A stretch of 64,000 nt of DNA from a virus. Each line of letters starts with the position of its first letter. Position 1 is the first letter of the stretch. Shown here piece after piece: positions 62,653 through 64,000 of this stretch. The stretch is taken from positions 64,001 to 128,000 of IMG/VR virus record IMGVR_UViG_3300032325_000466, one strand, 5' to 3'. The notes beneath the pieces are model-generated. The model was not told the DNA's origin. It was given only the letters and a program-made list of their open reading frames with translations, and did no database searches. A program made the position numbers and the translations under genes.

Positions 62653-63330
62653 ATGAATTTCTTACGACATATTGGAAAACACGGCGACCGCAAAGTTGCA
62701 GTAGTATTCCGCGAAGTACCAGGCGAGCCCCATATGTGCTTAGTCACATACACTGAGTTATTGGGCACAAATGTACATGACCCGATCATTAGTTGTATTG
62801 AAAGTGATATCGGTCAGCACAGCGAAAACTTAGCAGACGCACTAAACAGGTCATTTACCAAAGATGGCCGCCCTATCTTACAAGTTCTACACATGGAAGG
62901 TCAGTTAAAGAAAGTACAGACCTCACAGATCATAATGACTCCAGCTCCAAACACTAAAATCAAATTAGAAGAGTTAAACACTATTCTTAATGAAATGAAA
63001 CAAGGTGAAGAAGCAGTCAAGCGTTTAGCAGAAATGGACAAGAGCCGCGGCATACAAGATCCTGCTGATGTTATTCGTAGAATGCGTGGCCCACAGAACC
63101 AACCATTAGAATCAACAGGTGATGCTCTAGGTGATGCAGCTATTGCTAAACAGCGTATGGAACAAGCACACAAAATGGAACGGGAAGCTAAAGGGTTACT
63201 GGCTGAGGCACAGCGTTTAATTACCGAAGCACAATCATTAGACCCTTCATTAACCGCGCAGCCAGCACCAGTTGTAACAGAAGCTGCACCGGCTAAAGTA
63301 AGAAAAACCCGAGCTAAAGTTAGTACATAA
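62653..63330 (+). CDS. Conserved hypothetical protein
   Basis: 225 aa ORF with strong SD AAGGAG. Confidence 0.7.
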   Translation: MNFLRHIGKHGDRKVAVVFREVPGEPHMCLVTYTELLGTNVHDPIISCIESDIGQHSENLADALNRSFTKDGRPILQVLHMEGQLKKVQTSQIIMTPAPNTKIKLEELNTILNEMKQGEEAVKRLAEMDKSRGIQDPADVIRRMRGPQNQPLESTGDALGDAAIAKQRMEQAHKMEREAKGLLAEAQRLITEAQSLDPSLTAQPAPVVTEAAPAKVRKTRAKVST

Positions 63331-63626
63331 TGTCTCCTGATTTTTTTGACAAATGGGAACACATCCTTGAGGATGTTGAAAAAAGTAGAATACCTATTCA
63401 ATTTATAAAGAAGTTGGTTTTAAAGCTAGAAGGCAAAAAACAACAAACTATAAATATACAGAAATTTTTATCTCAAGGATTAGACCCCGATCAAGTAGAA
63501 GAAGCTATTAGCCGTAAATTGGATGAAATGGATCATATCATAGTTAGTATAGAATTCATTTTAAACATTGAAACTATAGCTGAAATTGTTCAACCTGAAA
63601 CGGACAAGCTTCTCCAAAAGTTATGA
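63330..63626 (+). CDS. Hypothetical protein
   Basis: 98 aa ORF with TAATG and ATGA overlaps. Confidence 0.65.
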   Translation: MSPDFFDKWEHILEDVEKSRIPIQFIKKLVLKLEGKKQQTINIQKFLSQGLDPDQVEEAISRKLDEMDHIIVSIEFILNIETIAEIVQPETDKLLQKL

Positions 63627-64000
63627 AAGCGGTAGTAGCCTGCGATCCTAACGGGGGCATTGGATATCAAAACAAATTACCTTGGACTCAACTTCAAGGT
63701 GATTTGCCTAGATTTAAATCTCTTACTGAAGGCCAAGTAATCGTAATGGGTAGAAATACTTGGGAAAGTTTGCCCAAGAAACCCTTACCTAATAGATTGA
63801 ATATCGTAGTCAGTTCTAAAAAATTAGATTTACCTGCTGGTGCAATTGCAACAAATAACATAGAGCATTTTGCACATTTCAAAAATGCTTGGTTAATAGG
63901 TGGTAGTCAGTTGATTAGCAGTTGTTGGCATTTGATTGATGAGATACATCTTTCAAGGACCATTGCCCGTTACACTTGCGATACTTTCATAAACCTGATA
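63623..64000 (+). CDS. folA: Dihydrofolate reductase (runs off window end)
   Basis: Not in ORF track; MKAVVACD.NGGIG..NKLPW..DL..FK..T..VMGR.TWESL..PLPNR.NIV..IGG. Confidence 0.95.
   Translation, partial: MKAVVACDPNGGIGYQNKLPWTQLQGDLPRFKSLTEGQVIVMGRNTWESLPKKPLPNRLNIVVSSKKLDLPAGAIATNNIEHFAHFKNAWLIGGSQLISSCWHLIDEIHLSRTIARYTCDTFINLI

Noticed and set aside
449-62789. Other antisense and off-frame ORFs in the track (for example 449-796, 6285-6680, 11420-11833, 20944-21276, 44734-45141, 58994-59389)
   Set aside because: Nested in recognisable genes, with Ser/Leu-rich composition typical of shadow frames
63694-63882. 62 aa minus-strand ORF
   Set aside because: Shadow of DHFR on the + strand
1-64000. 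Stop-codon recoding, inteins, integrase or IS elements
   Set aside because: Genes are full length in the standard code, including a 17 kb ORF; no intein, integrase or transposase motifs recognised

Overview
This window is a 64 kb piece of a large AT-rich T4-superfamily myophage. The gene order and the giant baseplate-associated gene resemble RaK2/GAP32-like and freshwater jumbo phages (inference). 1-8 kb (- strand): head module (major capsid N-terminus, scaffold, protease, portal) and a tape-measure-like protein with a GH73 domain. 8-14.5 kb: gp26/gp51, a ~600 nt hairpin-dense non-coding element, a Holliday junction resolvase, gp46/gp47 and the gp55 late sigma factor. 14.6-46 kb (+): baseplate genes, a 5702 aa virion protein and a tail fibre. 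46-56 kb: an accessory island with a circularly permuted (two-piece) tmRNA, a GNAT-like protein, an arginine dihydrolase-like enzyme, a heptose-type sugar cluster, a TorF-like porin, rubrerythrin/rubredoxin, and a plcP-agt phospholipid-to-glycolipid remodelling operon behind a Pho box. 56-64 kb: early genes behind repeated sigma70 promoters (GIY-YIG, T3-type SAM lyase homolog, tetrapeptide-repeat gene, MoxR AAA + vWA-metallopeptidase, DHFR). Best candidates for new biology: the permuted phage tmRNA, the Pho-box-linked plcP-agt operon, the 9.05-9.65 kb structured element, the possibly virion-packaged SAM lyase, and recurrent leaderless mRNAs. All protein calls are by-eye motif recognition; no database search was run.
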